Source of the DNA: Candidatus Doudnabacteria bacterium
GTDB taxonomy: Bacteria; Patescibacteriota; Doudnabacteria; UBA920
DNA: 64,000 nt
Assembly: GCA_963768175.1 (NCBI GenBank)
Contig: CAVYGQ010000001.1
Location: 702,305 to 766,304 of the forward strand
Direction of reading: 5' to 3'
Made by a program: the position numbers and the translations under genes. Below, one piece after another: positions 18,272 to 28,494 of this stretch; positions within the stretch are counted from its first letter, which is position 1; each line of letters starts with the position of its first letter. Under the pieces are notes generated by a model. It searched no databases and was not told the DNA's origin. It saw only the letters and a program-made list of their open reading frames with translations.

Positions 18272-19678
18272 TTACTTTAATTTGTTGATGAGGTTTGTAA
18301 CCTCGTCAATTTTTTGTCTCAACAGCTCCTTGCTGTCTGCTTCCACATTCAAACGGAGCAAATTTTGCGTGTTAGAAACCCTTAAGTTAAACCGCCAGGA
18401 CGGATAATTAAAATCAAAACCGTCTACGTTGTCTATTTGCGCATTTTTGTAATGCTCTCTTACTTTGTCCAAAATATTCTCGTTTTCAAGTTCAAAATTT
18501 ATTTCCTCGCTAATGAAAAACTTCTCCCGCAAGGGTTTTAGGATTTCAGAGAAGGTTCTTGGCTTCAAATCACCCCCTCCTTTATCCTCCCCCGTCAAGG
18601 GGGAGGAAATGGAATTGCAGAATAATATTTCCAAAACCGCCAAAAACGGCATCAGGCCGTTATCCAAATAAAAATTATCCTTAAAATAATAGTGGCCCGA
18701 GGTTTCGCTGCCGAAGACCGCGCCTTCTTTCATCATCCGTTCCTTAATAAAGGAATGCCCGGCCTTGGCCATAACGGACTTCCCGTTGTTTTGTTCAACG
18801 ACATAGTCTATAACCCTGACCACGCGGGTGTCGTGCAAAATTTTCGCGCCCGGATATTTTTTTAAATAATACTCACTAAGCAGAGCATTGATATAAGCCG
18901 GAGTAACAAATTCGCCTTTTTCGTCAAAAAAGAAACAGCGATCCGCGTCCCCATCCCAGGCCACGCCCAAATCCGGCTTTAGCTCTTTTATGGCCGCGAT
19001 GGTTTCCGGCCGGTTGGAAGGCAGCAACGGGTCGGAAGGGCCTTTGGGAAAACTGCCGTCTAGATGGTCGTTTAAAACTTTTACAAACTTAATCGGCAAC
19101 AAAGTTTTTAATTTTTCTATGGCCGGATTGGCCATACCAAAATTGGCGTTAGCCACAATTTTTAACGGTTTGATTTTGCTGATATCAAAAGGTTCTAATA
19201 CGTGCTTATAATAATTATCATAAATCTCCTTTTTCTCCACGCTTCCTTTATCCCCACTGGCCACTGTCCACTGTCCACTAACCACTAAGTCCCGAATTTG
19301 ATATATACCACTGTCCCCGGAAATCGGTTTGCCTTTCTCCCGCACCATTTTTAAGCCTCCCCATTCCTTGGGATTATGACTGGCCGTAACTTGGATGCCG
19401 CCGTCTACATTTAGCGTGGCCGCGGCAAAATATAGCTGGTCAGTGGAAACCAAACCAATATCAATTACGTTTACTCCGGCATCGGTTAAGCCTTTAATAA
19501 CGGCTTCCGAAAACTCTTCACCGGTCAGGCGCATATCATGCCCCACAACCACAATTTTTGGACTTAAAAATTTTGCGTATGCTTGCGCTATCTTATAAAC
19601 CAAATCCGCGTTAATCTGCTCCGGATAAATCCCGCGGATGTCGTAAGCTTTAAATATTGAAGTATCTATTTTGTCCAT
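18272..19678 (-). CDS. Phosphomannomutase/phosphoglucomutase
   Basis: FKAYDIRG, TASHNP, DGDADR, ETSGHYYF, RVSNTQ. Confidence 0.95.
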   Translation of the reverse strand: MDKIDTSIFKAYDIRGIYPEQINADLVYKIAQAYAKFLSPKIVVVGHDMRLTGEEFSEAVIKGLTDAGVNVIDIGLVSTDQLYFAAATLNVDGGIQVTASHNPKEWGGLKMVREKGKPISGDSGIYQIRDLVVSGQWTVASGDKGSVEKKEIYDNYYKHVLEPFDISKIKPLKIVANANFGMANPAIEKLKTLLPIKFVKVLNDHLDGSFPKGPSDPLLPSNRPETIAAIKELKPDLGVAWDGDADRCFFFDEKGEFVTPAYINALLSEYYLKKYPGAKILHDTRVVRVIDYVVEQNNGKSVMAKAGHSFIKERMMKEGAVFGSETSGHYYFKDNFYLDNGLMPFLAVLEILFCNSISSPLTGEDKGGGDLKPRTFSEILKPLREKFFISEEINFELENENILDKVREHYKNAQIDNVDGFDFNYPSWRFNLRVSNTQNLLRLNVEADSKELLRQKIDEVTNLINKLK

Positions 19679-19818
19679 AAGCTTATTTTAGCATAAAAAC
19701 AAGTTCTTGCTAAAAATTTTAACAAAAATAAAAACCCTTCTTAAGGGGTGAGGGGGCGGCAAATAGCATACCACCCCCCCCCAAGATGACTACTTTGAAC
19801 TGCCGGTCGCGGCAGCCC

Positions 19819-20073
19819 CTAGCATTCCTCAGCAGCGTCGATCGAAGCGGCTAGCGCCGCCTGCTCCCGAACCGAGCGAAACCTTCTGTTCTTTCTGCGG
19901 CTCAGTTTGGAGTCGCTATTGCCTTCTTTCTTCTTAGGAGCCATCTCCGAAAGCGCCAAGCCCAACGACCTGGCGACGCCTTCCCGCTGACTCCGCGGAA
20001 GCGGCTTGTAACGACGACCGTCTACTTTGCGACGCGAGATATCGCGCCGCGCAACCACAAAGAACGCTGCCAT
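19819..20073 (-). CDS. Small basic hypothetical protein, SD-led islet
   Basis: AGGAGG SD. TTGACG-17-TATAAT promoter at 20144-20172. Confidence 0.55.
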   Translation of the reverse strand: MAAFFVVARRDISRRKVDGRRYKPLPRSQREGVARSLGLALSEMAPKKKEGNSDSKLSRRKNRRFRSVREQAALAASIDAAEEC

Positions 20074-20235
20074 TTACTTTTCCCTCCTGGGATAACATCA
20101 GATAGCGGCACCTTAGTCATGCTGACACCGCTTCTTGGTTGCAATTATAGAGATTTACTAAAACTTCGTCAAACCCTTGGCTAAAACTGGTATTTCTTAT
20201 AAAATGAAGTAGTTATTAGTTATTAATTATATGTT

Positions 20236-21333
20236 ATGAGTTTTCAGATAGGTATCGTTGGTTTACCAAATGTAGGCAAATCAACATTATTTAACGCCAT
20301 TACCAAAAGCAAAGTTGAGGCGGCAAATTACCCGTTTGCCACCATTAACCCTAACGTGGGCGTGGTGGCTGTGCCCGATGAGCGGCTGGCCAAGCTGGCA
20401 GTTTTGGAAAAGAGTGAAAAAATTGTACCCACGGCCATTGAATTTGTGGATATTGCCGGGCTGGTTAAAGGCGCCAGTAAAGGCGAAGGTTTGGGCAACC
20501 AATTTTTAAGCCACATCCGCGAAGTAAACGCCATTCTGGAAGTGGTACGGTTTTTTGTGGACGATGACATTATCCACGTCCAGGGCAACGTTGACCCAAA
20601 GCGCGATATGGAAACCGTTGCCATTGAACTGCAATTGGCCGATCTTCAAAACGTGGAAAACCGATTATCTAGTGTTTCCCGCCAGGCCAAAAGTGGCGAG
20701 CGCGAGGCAATTATCAAAAAGGCTGTTTTGGAAAAATACAAAACGGCGCTGGAAGCCGGAGCCATGGCCAACACCGTGCATTTAACGGACGAAGAAAAAG
20801 AGCACAGCAAGGATATCCAGCTGCTTACTACGAAACCAATACTTTTTGTGGCTAACGATAAATTTGATTTAAATAAAAAGGAGTTTACTCAATCCCCAGA
20901 TGACCGTCATCTGGATGACGGTCATCTGGGGCAAAAAATGATCCAAATTGACGCCCAATTGGAATCCGAGCTCGCCGAACTTTCCGACGCCGAGCGCGTG
21001 GAGTATTTAAAAGAATTGGGCTTGCCCGAGTCGGGCCTGGATAAAATCATTAAGCAGGCTTACAAAACTTTAGGGCTGATTACTTTTATAACCGCCGGGC
21101 CAAAAGAAAGCAAGGCCTGGACTTGCCCCAAAGGCACCAAAGCGCCGCAGGCAGCGGGTATTATCCATACCGATTTTGAAAAAGGGTTTATCCGCGCGGA
21201 GGTAATCCAATGGGACAAATTATTGGAAGCCGGTGGCTATGTCCAGGCGCGGGACAAAGGCTGGCTAAGGGTGGAAGGCAAAGAATACGTAATTGCAGAT
21301 GGGGATGTGGTTCATTTTAGGTTTGCCAATTAG
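20236..21333 (+). CDS. ychF: Obg-family ATPase YchF
   Basis: GIVGLPNVGKSTLFN, ANYPFATI, DIAGLVKGAS, IHTDFEKGFIRAE. Confidence 0.98.
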   Translation: MSFQIGIVGLPNVGKSTLFNAITKSKVEAANYPFATINPNVGVVAVPDERLAKLAVLEKSEKIVPTAIEFVDIAGLVKGASKGEGLGNQFLSHIREVNAILEVVRFFVDDDIIHVQGNVDPKRDMETVAIELQLADLQNVENRLSSVSRQAKSGEREAIIKKAVLEKYKTALEAGAMANTVHLTDEEKEHSKDIQLLTTKPILFVANDKFDLNKKEFTQSPDDRHLDDGHLGQKMIQIDAQLESELAELSDAERVEYLKELGLPESGLDKIIKQAYKTLGLITFITAGPKESKAWTCPKGTKAPQAAGIIHTDFEKGFIRAEVIQWDKLLEAGGYVQARDKGWLRVEGKEYVIADGDVVHFRFAN

Positions 21334-21493
21334 ATATTCCGGAAAAAAGACAAAATAAAAGCGCTGACCAACATCAGTCGCTTGGGTACTGCAAAGCGTC
21401 ACACGTTTCGCTGTCACATTCAGCCAGCCCGTGCTAAGGCTGTGACAATTACAAAAATCCTCTATCAAACCCACACTTCAGAATGTCAATCAA

Positions 21494-21850
21494 TCACCCC
21501 AACAATTTAATCAAACTCCTGACCACCTCGGCTCCTGCCCGGGTATTGGCATTGTGGGAAAGCCAATACATAATCGTCACCACCACCGCATCCTGTGACA
21601 GATACGTATAGTGTTCCAATTCACGTTTGCCGCCATCATCGTCGTTGGCATGCACAAACATGGTATAATGGATTAGCCCGTCTTGTTCCCAATGGGAAAT
21701 CACCAGGAGTAACTGGTCTCCAAAACTCACCGGGTGGAAGATACGGACTACGAGCCGATTAAAATCATCAAGCCCGGCCCTTGGAGTTTCTTGTCCTGAA
21801 ACGCTTTCCACCGCCTTCACGATGGATTCAAAAAATTCTCTGCTCTGCAT
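21494..21850 (-). CDS. Hypothetical protein, SD-led islet
   Basis: AAGGAGG SD. Perfect promoter at 21908-21936. Confidence 0.65.
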   Translation of the reverse strand: MQSREFFESIVKAVESVSGQETPRAGLDDFNRLVVRIFHPVSFGDQLLLVISHWEQDGLIHYTMFVHANDDDGGKRELEHYTYLSQDAVVVTIMYWLSHNANTRAGAEVVRSLIKLLG

Positions 21851-21907
21851 TTGATTAGCCCTCCTTGGCCAATATCAGTGCTTGATGGTTGATGGCACTG
21901 ATTTGTT

Positions 21908-21936
21908 ATTATATCATTTTTTTATATTCCTGTCAA
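21908..21936 (-). promoter_or_regulatory. Consensus sigma70 promoter of orphan gene 21494-21850
   Basis: TTGACA-17-TATAAT with TG extension on the minus strand. Confidence 0.8.
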
Positions 21937-22071
21937 TCTCGACAAAAACCCCAGCTAATGCTATACTTTTGAAACAATTTAATAACTAATTTACCCCGTA
22001 GAAATACGTAACATACTCTACCGGGGTCATATTCCCCCGGCTAAAGATCGGGGGATAGAAACACTGTTTCT

Positions 22072-22554
22072 ATGCCTCAATATGAGCTTATGTACCTGCT
22101 CGGCAGCCAGACGGCCGACGACGAGGTGCCCAAAATTTCCCAGGCAATTTTAAAATTTGCCGAAGACTTTGGGGCCACCGACGTTAAGGAAGCCCAGCTG
22201 GGTAAAAAAAAACTCGCCTACCCCATAGGCAAAACCCGCAACGGACATTATGTGGTGGTAAATTTTACTATGGACGGCAAAAACATTAACACCTTTGACG
22301 CCAAAATCCGCACCCAGGACCAGAGCATTATCCGCTACCTGATTGTAAATTTGGACGAGCATTTGGCCCGGATGGCCAAAGACAAAATTGTGCAATCCAA
22401 GATAGTCCGCAAAGGCCCGCCCGCGGAAGTCAGTGTGCTTACGCCCAAAGTCCAGGCCGCGGCCAAAAAAGAAACTCCGGTTTTGGTGGAAATTAACCAG
22501 GAAGAACTGGATAAAAAGATTGAAGAAGCGCTAAGCGAAGACCTTACTAAATAG
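22072..22554 (+). CDS. rpsF: 30S ribosomal protein S6
   Basis: YELMYLL, LGKKKLAYPI, IIRYLIV. rpsF-ssb-rpsR order. Confidence 0.95.
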   Translation: MPQYELMYLLGSQTADDEVPKISQAILKFAEDFGATDVKEAQLGKKKLAYPIGKTRNGHYVVVNFTMDGKNINTFDAKIRTQDQSIIRYLIVNLDEHLARMAKDKIVQSKIVRKGPPAEVSVLTPKVQAAAKKETPVLVEINQEELDKKIEEALSEDLTK

Positions 22555-22637
22555 GTTCTAGTTGCTAGTTGCGAGGTTCTAGAACCTTGAACCTAGCACC
22601 TCGTACCTTTTAAAATTTATAAGTAAATTTTAAACCT

Positions 22638-23132
22638 ATGGATTTAAACAAAGTTATGATAATCGGCCGCCTTACGCGCGACCCGGAACTGCGCACCATC
22701 CCTTCCGGCGCCAGCGTCTGCCAAATTGGGCTGGCCACCAATTATGTTTACAACAACCAAGCCACGGGACAAAAAGTGGAGCAGGTGGAATACCACAATG
22801 TGGTGCTGTGGCGAAAATTGGGGGAGATAGCGGCCCAATACTTAAAAAAAGGCCGCCGCGTCTACATTGAAGGCCGCCTGCAAACCCGCAGCTGGGACGG
22901 CAAAGACGGGCAAAAAAGAAGCCGCACGGAAATAATTGCCGAAAATATGATTATGCTGGACAGCGGCTCTGGCGCTGGATCATCCGCAAGCAGCAGTTCT
23001 TACCAAGCTTCCGCTCCGACCGCAAGGTCAACACAATCCCCCGCTGAAGATTTGAGCCAGCCCGCTCCTAAAGAAGAACTCCCCACTATCCAGCAAGACG
23101 AAGACGTTAATGTGGAGGATATACCATTTTAA
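22638..23132 (+). CDS. ssb: Single-stranded DNA-binding protein
   Basis: NKVMIIGRLTRDPELR, EGRLQTRSW, C-terminal EDIPF. Confidence 0.98.
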   Translation: MDLNKVMIIGRLTRDPELRTIPSGASVCQIGLATNYVYNNQATGQKVEQVEYHNVVLWRKLGEIAAQYLKKGRRVYIEGRLQTRSWDGKDGQKRSRTEIIAENMIMLDSGSGAGSSASSSSYQASAPTARSTQSPAEDLSQPAPKEELPTIQQDEDVNVEDIPF

Positions 23133-23230
23133 ATGAACAAAAATAATAAAAATTAAATAAATGACAAAAACGGACTGCAGTAAATTTTTGCTCATTTTTG
23201 TCACTTTTGATCATTTTTTTAATTACTCCT

Positions 23231-23473
23231 ATGCGCCCATCCAATAACAACAGAGACAGCCAACCACAGGTTAAAAAGCAGTGCTATTTTTGCTCTAACA
23301 AAATCAGCACTGTGGACTACAAAGACTCGCAAACCCTGCGCCGCTTTATGTCCCCGCACGCCAAAATTTTGAGCCACAACCGCACCGGCACCTGCCCCAA
23401 GCACCAGCGGATGGTGACAAAAGCGCTGAAACAGGCCAGGCATATGGCATTACTACCCTTTGTAGCGGCTTAA
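23231..23473 (+). CDS. rpsR: 30S ribosomal protein S18
   Basis: CYFC, DYKD, RTGTCPKHQR, ARHMALLPF. Start taken as ATG 23231. Confidence 0.96.
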   Translation: MRPSNNNRDSQPQVKKQCYFCSNKISTVDYKDSQTLRRFMSPHAKILSHNRTGTCPKHQRMVTKALKQARHMALLPFVAA

Positions 23474-23577
23474 GGATAATGACAAAAATTAAAAAAATGA
23501 CAAAATTGACAAAAATACACTGCAACCCTTATTTTTGTCATTTATGTCATTTTTGCTCATTTATTTAATTACTTCTT

Positions 23578-24138
23578 ATGGATTTAAACGATATGAAAAT
23601 CGGGACAATCATTCTCTGGGAAAAACAACCGGTGATGATTATTTGGAGCAACCGCATGCGCACGGCCCAAAGAAAACCCGTAATGCAAACCAAAATGCGC
23701 AACGTGATTACCGGCAAAGTTTACGAGTACTCCTTTAAATTTGGCGAAAGCATAGAGGAAGCCGATGTTACCCGCGAAAAGGCCAACTTTTTGTATGCCG
23801 ACACACAAGGCACCCACTTTATGAATAACGAGACTTTTGAGACCGTGGATATTGCCAAAGAAGTGACTGAGAGCCAGGAAAAATTTTTGAAAGAAGGAAT
23901 GGAAGTCAGCATTTTGCGCTTTAACAACAAACCCGTATCTATTGAACTGCCGATAAAAATCAAACTCAAAGTAACCGAAGCTCCGCCTTCTACCGTCGGT
24001 AACAGCGGCGGCAATGTTACCAAACCTGTCACCCTTGAAACCGGTCTGGTGGTTAACGCCCCGATGTTTATAAAAGAGGGTGACGTTGTCCGGGTAGACA
24101 CCCGCAGCGGCGAATACGTGGAACGCGCGACACAATAA
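23578..24138 (+). CDS. efp: Elongation factor P
   Basis: MQTKMRNVITG, KPVTLETGL, PMFIKEGD, VDTRSGEYVER. The loop reads RTAQRK rather than KPGKG. Confidence 0.95.
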   Translation: MDLNDMKIGTIILWEKQPVMIIWSNRMRTAQRKPVMQTKMRNVITGKVYEYSFKFGESIEEADVTREKANFLYADTQGTHFMNNETFETVDIAKEVTESQEKFLKEGMEVSILRFNNKPVSIELPIKIKLKVTEAPPSTVGNSGGNVTKPVTLETGLVVNAPMFIKEGDVVRVDTRSGEYVERATQ

Positions 24139-24157
24139 AATATTGATTGGCGCAAAT

Positions 24158-24188
24158 AACCCCGCCTCTCTAAAGAGGCGGGGTTTTG
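24158..24188. terminator. Terminator between convergent efp and the surface-protein gene
   Basis: AACCCCGCCTCT..AGAGGCGGGGTTTT. Confidence 0.7.
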
Positions 24189-24270
24189 CTTTTGGTTAAT
24201 CTTAGTTATTGCAATCTTGAATCGTTACAATCCATCACCAAAAAAATCGGCCTGCGCAGCAGTGCGTTTC

Positions 24271-27200
24271 TTATTGCGAAAAAAACTGGCACATCTGGCG
24301 GAGAGTTACCACACTCCCTTTTTGTAAATTCCCGTCAGCCGCGTTTGCCGGCACCACGCGGGAAAAATCATTGTCTATGTGCCACGAGTTATACACCGCC
24401 ACGGACGGATAGCCGTGCAGTAAAGTTCCGTCATACCAATAGACCGTACCTTTAAAATTGACATCCAGGCCGGCCATGTGAGCGGCACGCGGATTGGAGA
24501 TGATGCTACCGAGCGGCACCTGGTTAAGCTCCGGCGCCGTGATCACTAACACTGAAGTGAACTTAAAACCCAGGCCCAAAAACACGCTGGCCGAACTAAA
24601 GCCGTGCTTGGCGCCACCGGAAATTAAAAACACCGTGGGATCAGTCGGCGACTTAACCAAGGCGCCGTCATTAGGCAACAGCAGCGGACCGGCGGGCAAA
24701 GCTTGGAAAGCTGCGGTATCTAACACCGCATCTTTGAACTCGTAACCAAACGAGTACAGCATTCCGGGATTGGTAATGCCGCGGCGCACGTTATTCTGAA
24801 TTAGATAATAAGTACCGGCATCGTTAATCAGGCACATTTTAACATAAGAGTTAGCACCGGCTGTCAGCGAGCCAGCTCCGGCAATCGGCGTCGTTACACC
24901 AGCCGCGGACGACAAATAGCCGCCGGAACTGTTTTGCGAGAAAATGGCATATGAATAAACGGTACCGTTAACCAAGCCGGTATCCAGAAATGACTGGCCG
25001 ATACCGCTATATATTTGAGTTCCGTCGGTTACGCTGGTTGGAGCGGCAGAACCAACTTTGCGCACAATCACAGTCTGAACCCAACCGTAAGTAATGGAAG
25101 GATTAATCCAAGTCAGCAAGACCTGGCCGTCGCCGGGTTGAATAACAAGGTTGGTGATTGATGAACTCGCGGGGACACCACCCCCTCCGCCGCCGCCCCC
25201 TCCGCCGCCCCCTCCGCCGCCCCCTCCGCCGCCACTGAAGGCTTGAGTAGTGGCCGATGTAGACAAAGATTGAGCCGATTCATTACCGACATTGTCATAA
25301 GCGGAAACGGTGTAAGTGTAAGTGGTGGAAGGAGAAAGACTGGTATCGGAATATGAAATCTGGGCGGTTGAGGCAATCAACGAACCTCCCCGGTAAATTT
25401 TGTAGCCGGCCAGCCCGGAAGTTATGGCGCCGGAAACTGTCGGGTCTGTACTTGCGACCCATGAAAGGTTAATCTGGCTGGAAGACACCGCGGAGGAGGA
25501 TAAACTTGTTGGGATGGATGGCGCGGTAATGTCGGGATTGGCCTGGGTGGTGGCAAAAATGGCTGAACTTTTGGCGGAAATGTTTAAAGCCGCGTCAAAA
25601 GCGGCAACAGCATAGCCATAAGCGGTTTGCGTAGTTAAGCCCGTATCCCCATAACTGTTGGTAGTCGAAGTGGCAATTTGGACAGTGGGCACACAGGACG
25701 AACCTTGGCAGCGGAATACCTGGTAACCGGCCACGCCTACGTTATCCGTGGACGCGTTCCAAGTCAAATCGATTTCGGAACCGGAAACAACCGTAGCAAA
25801 AAGGCCGGTCGGCACGGTTGGAGATTGGCTGTCGGAGGTGGAGGTGGTCAACAAGGTATAATCCGAAGAAGTGGCGAGGTTACCGGCCAGGTCGTGCGAC
25901 CTGGCCCTAAAATGGTAAGTTGTATTGGCGGACAATCCGGTAAGCGAAACCGAGTGAGAAGTAACTAAAGTATTGTCTAAAGTAGTCTGGCTACCATAAG
26001 AAGCGGTCAAGCCATAGTCAGCCTGGGAATCCGCCAACTCGTTGGTGGTCCAGGTAATAGTTGCTGTTGATGCCGAGGTTGAGGATGCGACGCCGGTTAT
26101 GACGGGAGGGGTGTTATCCACGGTCAAAGTAGCGGTGGAGGGACTGGAGACATTGCCCGCAGCGTCAATTACATAAAGCTTGTAGGCGCCGGTTGTAACG
26201 GGAGCCAAAATACTGGTGGCCGTGCCGTTGGCCGCCATAGTCATGGTGGAACCGGCCGTAAAAGTAGTGGTGCCGGAAGGCGCAAACCAAACTTGGTTGC
26301 TAGCTGTACCGGAACTGACAATGGTCACGGCGGCGCCGCTTTGCTTACTGATGCTTTGGGCAAAGACCGTATTTTGATTATTCGGAGCGGTATTATCCAC
26401 GGTAAAGGTTGTGGAAGGGCCGGCGCTTGCCGCAGTGTTTCCCGCATTGTCCGAAGCCGTGCCGGCGGCAATGGTAATACCCAAAGTGCCATCGCCGGTT
26501 ATGGAAGAAATGGTGACTGTCCGCGTAGAATTACCGTTGCCTGACACGGCAACGGTTCCGTTGGCTGTACCAGTCTTGTTTAATGTAATATTACCGTTGG
26601 CTAAAGTTACCGTGTCAGCGCTAGTATACGTTACAGTAAAAGTCACTGGTCCAGATCTTGTTAAGGAAACTGATGGGGAACCAATAGATATGGTAGGGCC
26701 GGTATTATCCACGGTAAAGGTTGTGGAAGGGCCAGCGCTTGCCGCAGTGTTTCCCGCATTGTCCGAAGCCGTGCCGGCGGCAATGGTAATACCCAAAGTG
26801 CCATCGCCGGTTATGGAAGAAATGGTGACGGTTCTAGTGGAAGTGCCCGAGCCGGAAACCGCCACTGTACCGCTGGCCGTGCCAGTCTTATTTAGGGTAA
26901 TGTTTCCCGCCACAAGCGTCACGGTATCCGCTCCGGTGTATGTGACGGTATAACTAACCGGCCCGCTGGTGGCAGTGGCGACTGACGGGGAACCGATGGA
27001 CAAAGTGGGAGCGGTGTTATCCACGGTAAAAGTCGCGCCGGAAGTCGGGGCGGAAGTTACGGGATTACCGGCCAGATCCGTACCCACAGATAAGGCCACT
27101 GTGGCCGTACCATTACCAGAGCCGATGGTATATACATACGTATAAACGGTTGAAGAAGTCTTAGCCATATTGGTCGCGCCAACGGTGTTCGCGCCGGAAA

Positions 27201-27828
27201 TGGAAATTTTCGTTACCGGCGAATCCGCCATCGGCTCCGAAAAAGTGGCGGTAATCGTCAAAGAGTTCCCGGCCTTGACCGGATTTTTTGAATAGGTAAT
27301 AGCCGCGGTTGGCGGGATAATATCCTGCACAGTAATACTGCCTGCAACCCCAATCGTGGTTACCGCGTTGGCATTTGAGTCAGCGGAAATCGTGTTGGTG
27401 AGTTGAATGGGGACGGAGGTGGCGGTAATGGAACTGGCAAGGGTAAAGGTGGCAACGGATAAAATGCCGCTGCTGATAGCGTTATTGTTAAAACCCGCGA
27501 CGATGCAACGATAATCCCCCGCGGACACCATATTACACTGGGCGCTTTTACTGGCGGCTATGGAAACAGGACCGTCGGCAACACTAACTCCACTTATTTG
27601 GGAAGTGCTATAAATAAAATCCCATTGGGTAGACGAAACATTTGTTAAAACTTGGGAAACATCTATGTTCATGTTCAAACTTACCGGACCGCCCGGCGTG
27701 GCGGTTCCGGTACCCAAAGTTAGTACCGCTTGGTTGGCCGCTAATGCGATATTTTTTAGGCCAAACCCAAAAATAACTGCTACGGCAACGGCAGCGCAAA
27801 TAATGGTTGTTTTCCTCAAATTTGGCAT
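24271..27828 (-). CDS. Large surface protein: signal peptide, cohesin-like domain, Ig-like repeats, FN3 domains, poly-Gly linker, CPR-type C-terminal repeats
   Basis: 312-bp internal duplication (26389/26701). FN3 motifs (IDLTWNASTDNVGVAGY). About 19 consecutive Gly. C-terminal GALVK...VFLISGG...FLGLGFKF repeats. Confidence 0.85.
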   Translation of the reverse strand: MPNLRKTTIICAAVAVAVIFGFGLKNIALAANQAVLTLGTGTATPGGPVSLNMNIDVSQVLTNVSSTQWDFIYSTSQISGVSVADGPVSIAASKSAQCNMVSAGDYRCIVAGFNNNAISSGILSVATFTLASSITATSVPIQLTNTISADSNANAVTTIGVAGSITVQDIIPPTAAITYSKNPVKAGNSLTITATFSEPMADSPVTKISISGANTVGATNMAKTSSTVYTYVYTIGSGNGTATVALSVGTDLAGNPVTSAPTSGATFTVDNTAPTLSIGSPSVATATSGPVSYTVTYTGADTVTLVAGNITLNKTGTASGTVAVSGSGTSTRTVTISSITGDGTLGITIAAGTASDNAGNTAASAGPSTTFTVDNTGPTISIGSPSVSLTRSGPVTFTVTYTSADTVTLANGNITLNKTGTANGTVAVSGNGNSTRTVTISSITGDGTLGITIAAGTASDNAGNTAASAGPSTTFTVDNTAPNNQNTVFAQSISKQSGAAVTIVSSGTASNQVWFAPSGTTTFTAGSTMTMAANGTATSILAPVTTGAYKLYVIDAAGNVSSPSTATLTVDNTPPVITGVASSTSASTATITWTTNELADSQADYGLTASYGSQTTLDNTLVTSHSVSLTGLSANTTYHFRARSHDLAGNLATSSDYTLLTTSTSDSQSPTVPTGLFATVVSGSEIDLTWNASTDNVGVAGYQVFRCQGSSCVPTVQIATSTTNSYGDTGLTTQTAYGYAVAAFDAALNISAKSSAIFATTQANPDITAPSIPTSLSSSAVSSSQINLSWVASTDPTVSGAITSGLAGYKIYRGGSLIASTAQISYSDTSLSPSTTYTYTVSAYDNVGNESAQSLSTSATTQAFSGGGGGGGGGGGGGGGGGGGVPASSSITNLVIQPGDGQVLLTWINPSITYGWVQTVIVRKVGSAAPTSVTDGTQIYSGIGQSFLDTGLVNGTVYSYAIFSQNSSGGYLSSAAGVTTPIAGAGSLTAGANSYVKMCLINDAGTYYLIQNNVRRGITNPGMLYSFGYEFKDAVLDTAAFQALPAGPLLLPNDGALVKSPTDPTVFLISGGAKHGFSSASVFLGLGFKFTSVLVITAPELNQVPLGSIISNPRAAHMAGLDVNFKGTVYWYDGTLLHGYPSVAVYNSWHIDNDFSRVVPANAADGNLQKGSVVTLRQMCQFFSQ

Positions 27829-27993
27829 ATTTTTGCCTTAATCAAGCCACTAAATAGATAATCGGGCCTATCTAAACTGTTGTAATTTGTATTATATCAA
27901 GTTAAAAAAATAAGCTACTTTAATAATAATATGGCATTCTTTCTGAAAGGAGAGGCGCAAGCACACGGCCCGCGCCCCACTGCAATCCACGAC

Positions 27994-28494
27994 CTACCGT
28001 TGGGGCTGGAGTGGACGCCGATGCATCCACGCCGGCGTCCTCCGGTAGGCCGGGTTGGTAACCTGCCCACCCACCCCGAGGAGGCTTAATGCGCTTCCTT
28101 GCGGAGATGAAGCCGAGACCCCGGTGATGGAGAGCGGCACTACAGAGTAACTCTGCGGCAAAACGACTGTCAAGTCGGCCACAACCCCGTTTGCCATCGC
28201 CCCAGCGTTTAAACCACCGAGTAGGCATGTTGTCCTGCCAACCGTCGAGTCGGCAGAACAAATGACCTGCTTACCAGCTGCCAAGGCCATTGGACCCGGC
28301 GACACGGTAATCCTCACGCTCGGCGAGGTCCAGATGGTCCAGAGCAACGCTGATGGACCGCTGCTTGCGCTCAATGTCAACGGAATGACTGCCGTTGAAC
28401 CGGGTGCCGCCGTAGCAGAACCGGCAGACAAGGTTGGCACAAACAAATTAAGGTGCGCAGAGTCGGGACAGTCCACGTGCCGCAGAAAAGTCAT
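27994..28494 (-). CDS. Stand-alone cohesin-like domain protein (N-terminus uncertain, possibly degenerate)
   Basis: Aligns by eye with the N-terminal domain of 24271-27828: GPxxxAAxKxxxC...CxxxGxNxxAxxxG. Confidence 0.65.
   Translation of the reverse strand: MTFLRHVDCPDSAHLNLFVPTLSAGSATAAPGSTAVIPLTLSASSGPSALLWTIWTSPSVRITVSPGPMALAAGKQVICSADSTVGRTTCLLGGLNAGAMANGVVADLTVVLPQSYSVVPLSITGVSASSPQGSALSLLGVGGQVTNPAYRRTPAWMHRRPLQPQR

Noticed and set aside
23132-23567. CRISPR array suggested by repeated AATGACAAA units
   Set aside because: Units are degenerate 9-mers in inverted arrangement, with no constant repeat/spacer period and no cas genes
25177-25233. CCCCCTCCGCCG tandem repeat as a contingency locus
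   Set aside because: The 12-nt unit preserves frame and simply encodes a poly-Gly linker
26389-27012. Near-identical repeat as a diversity-generating retroelement TR/VR pair
   Set aside because: In-frame 312-bp tandem Ig-domain duplication, with no adenine-specific pattern and no reverse transcriptase
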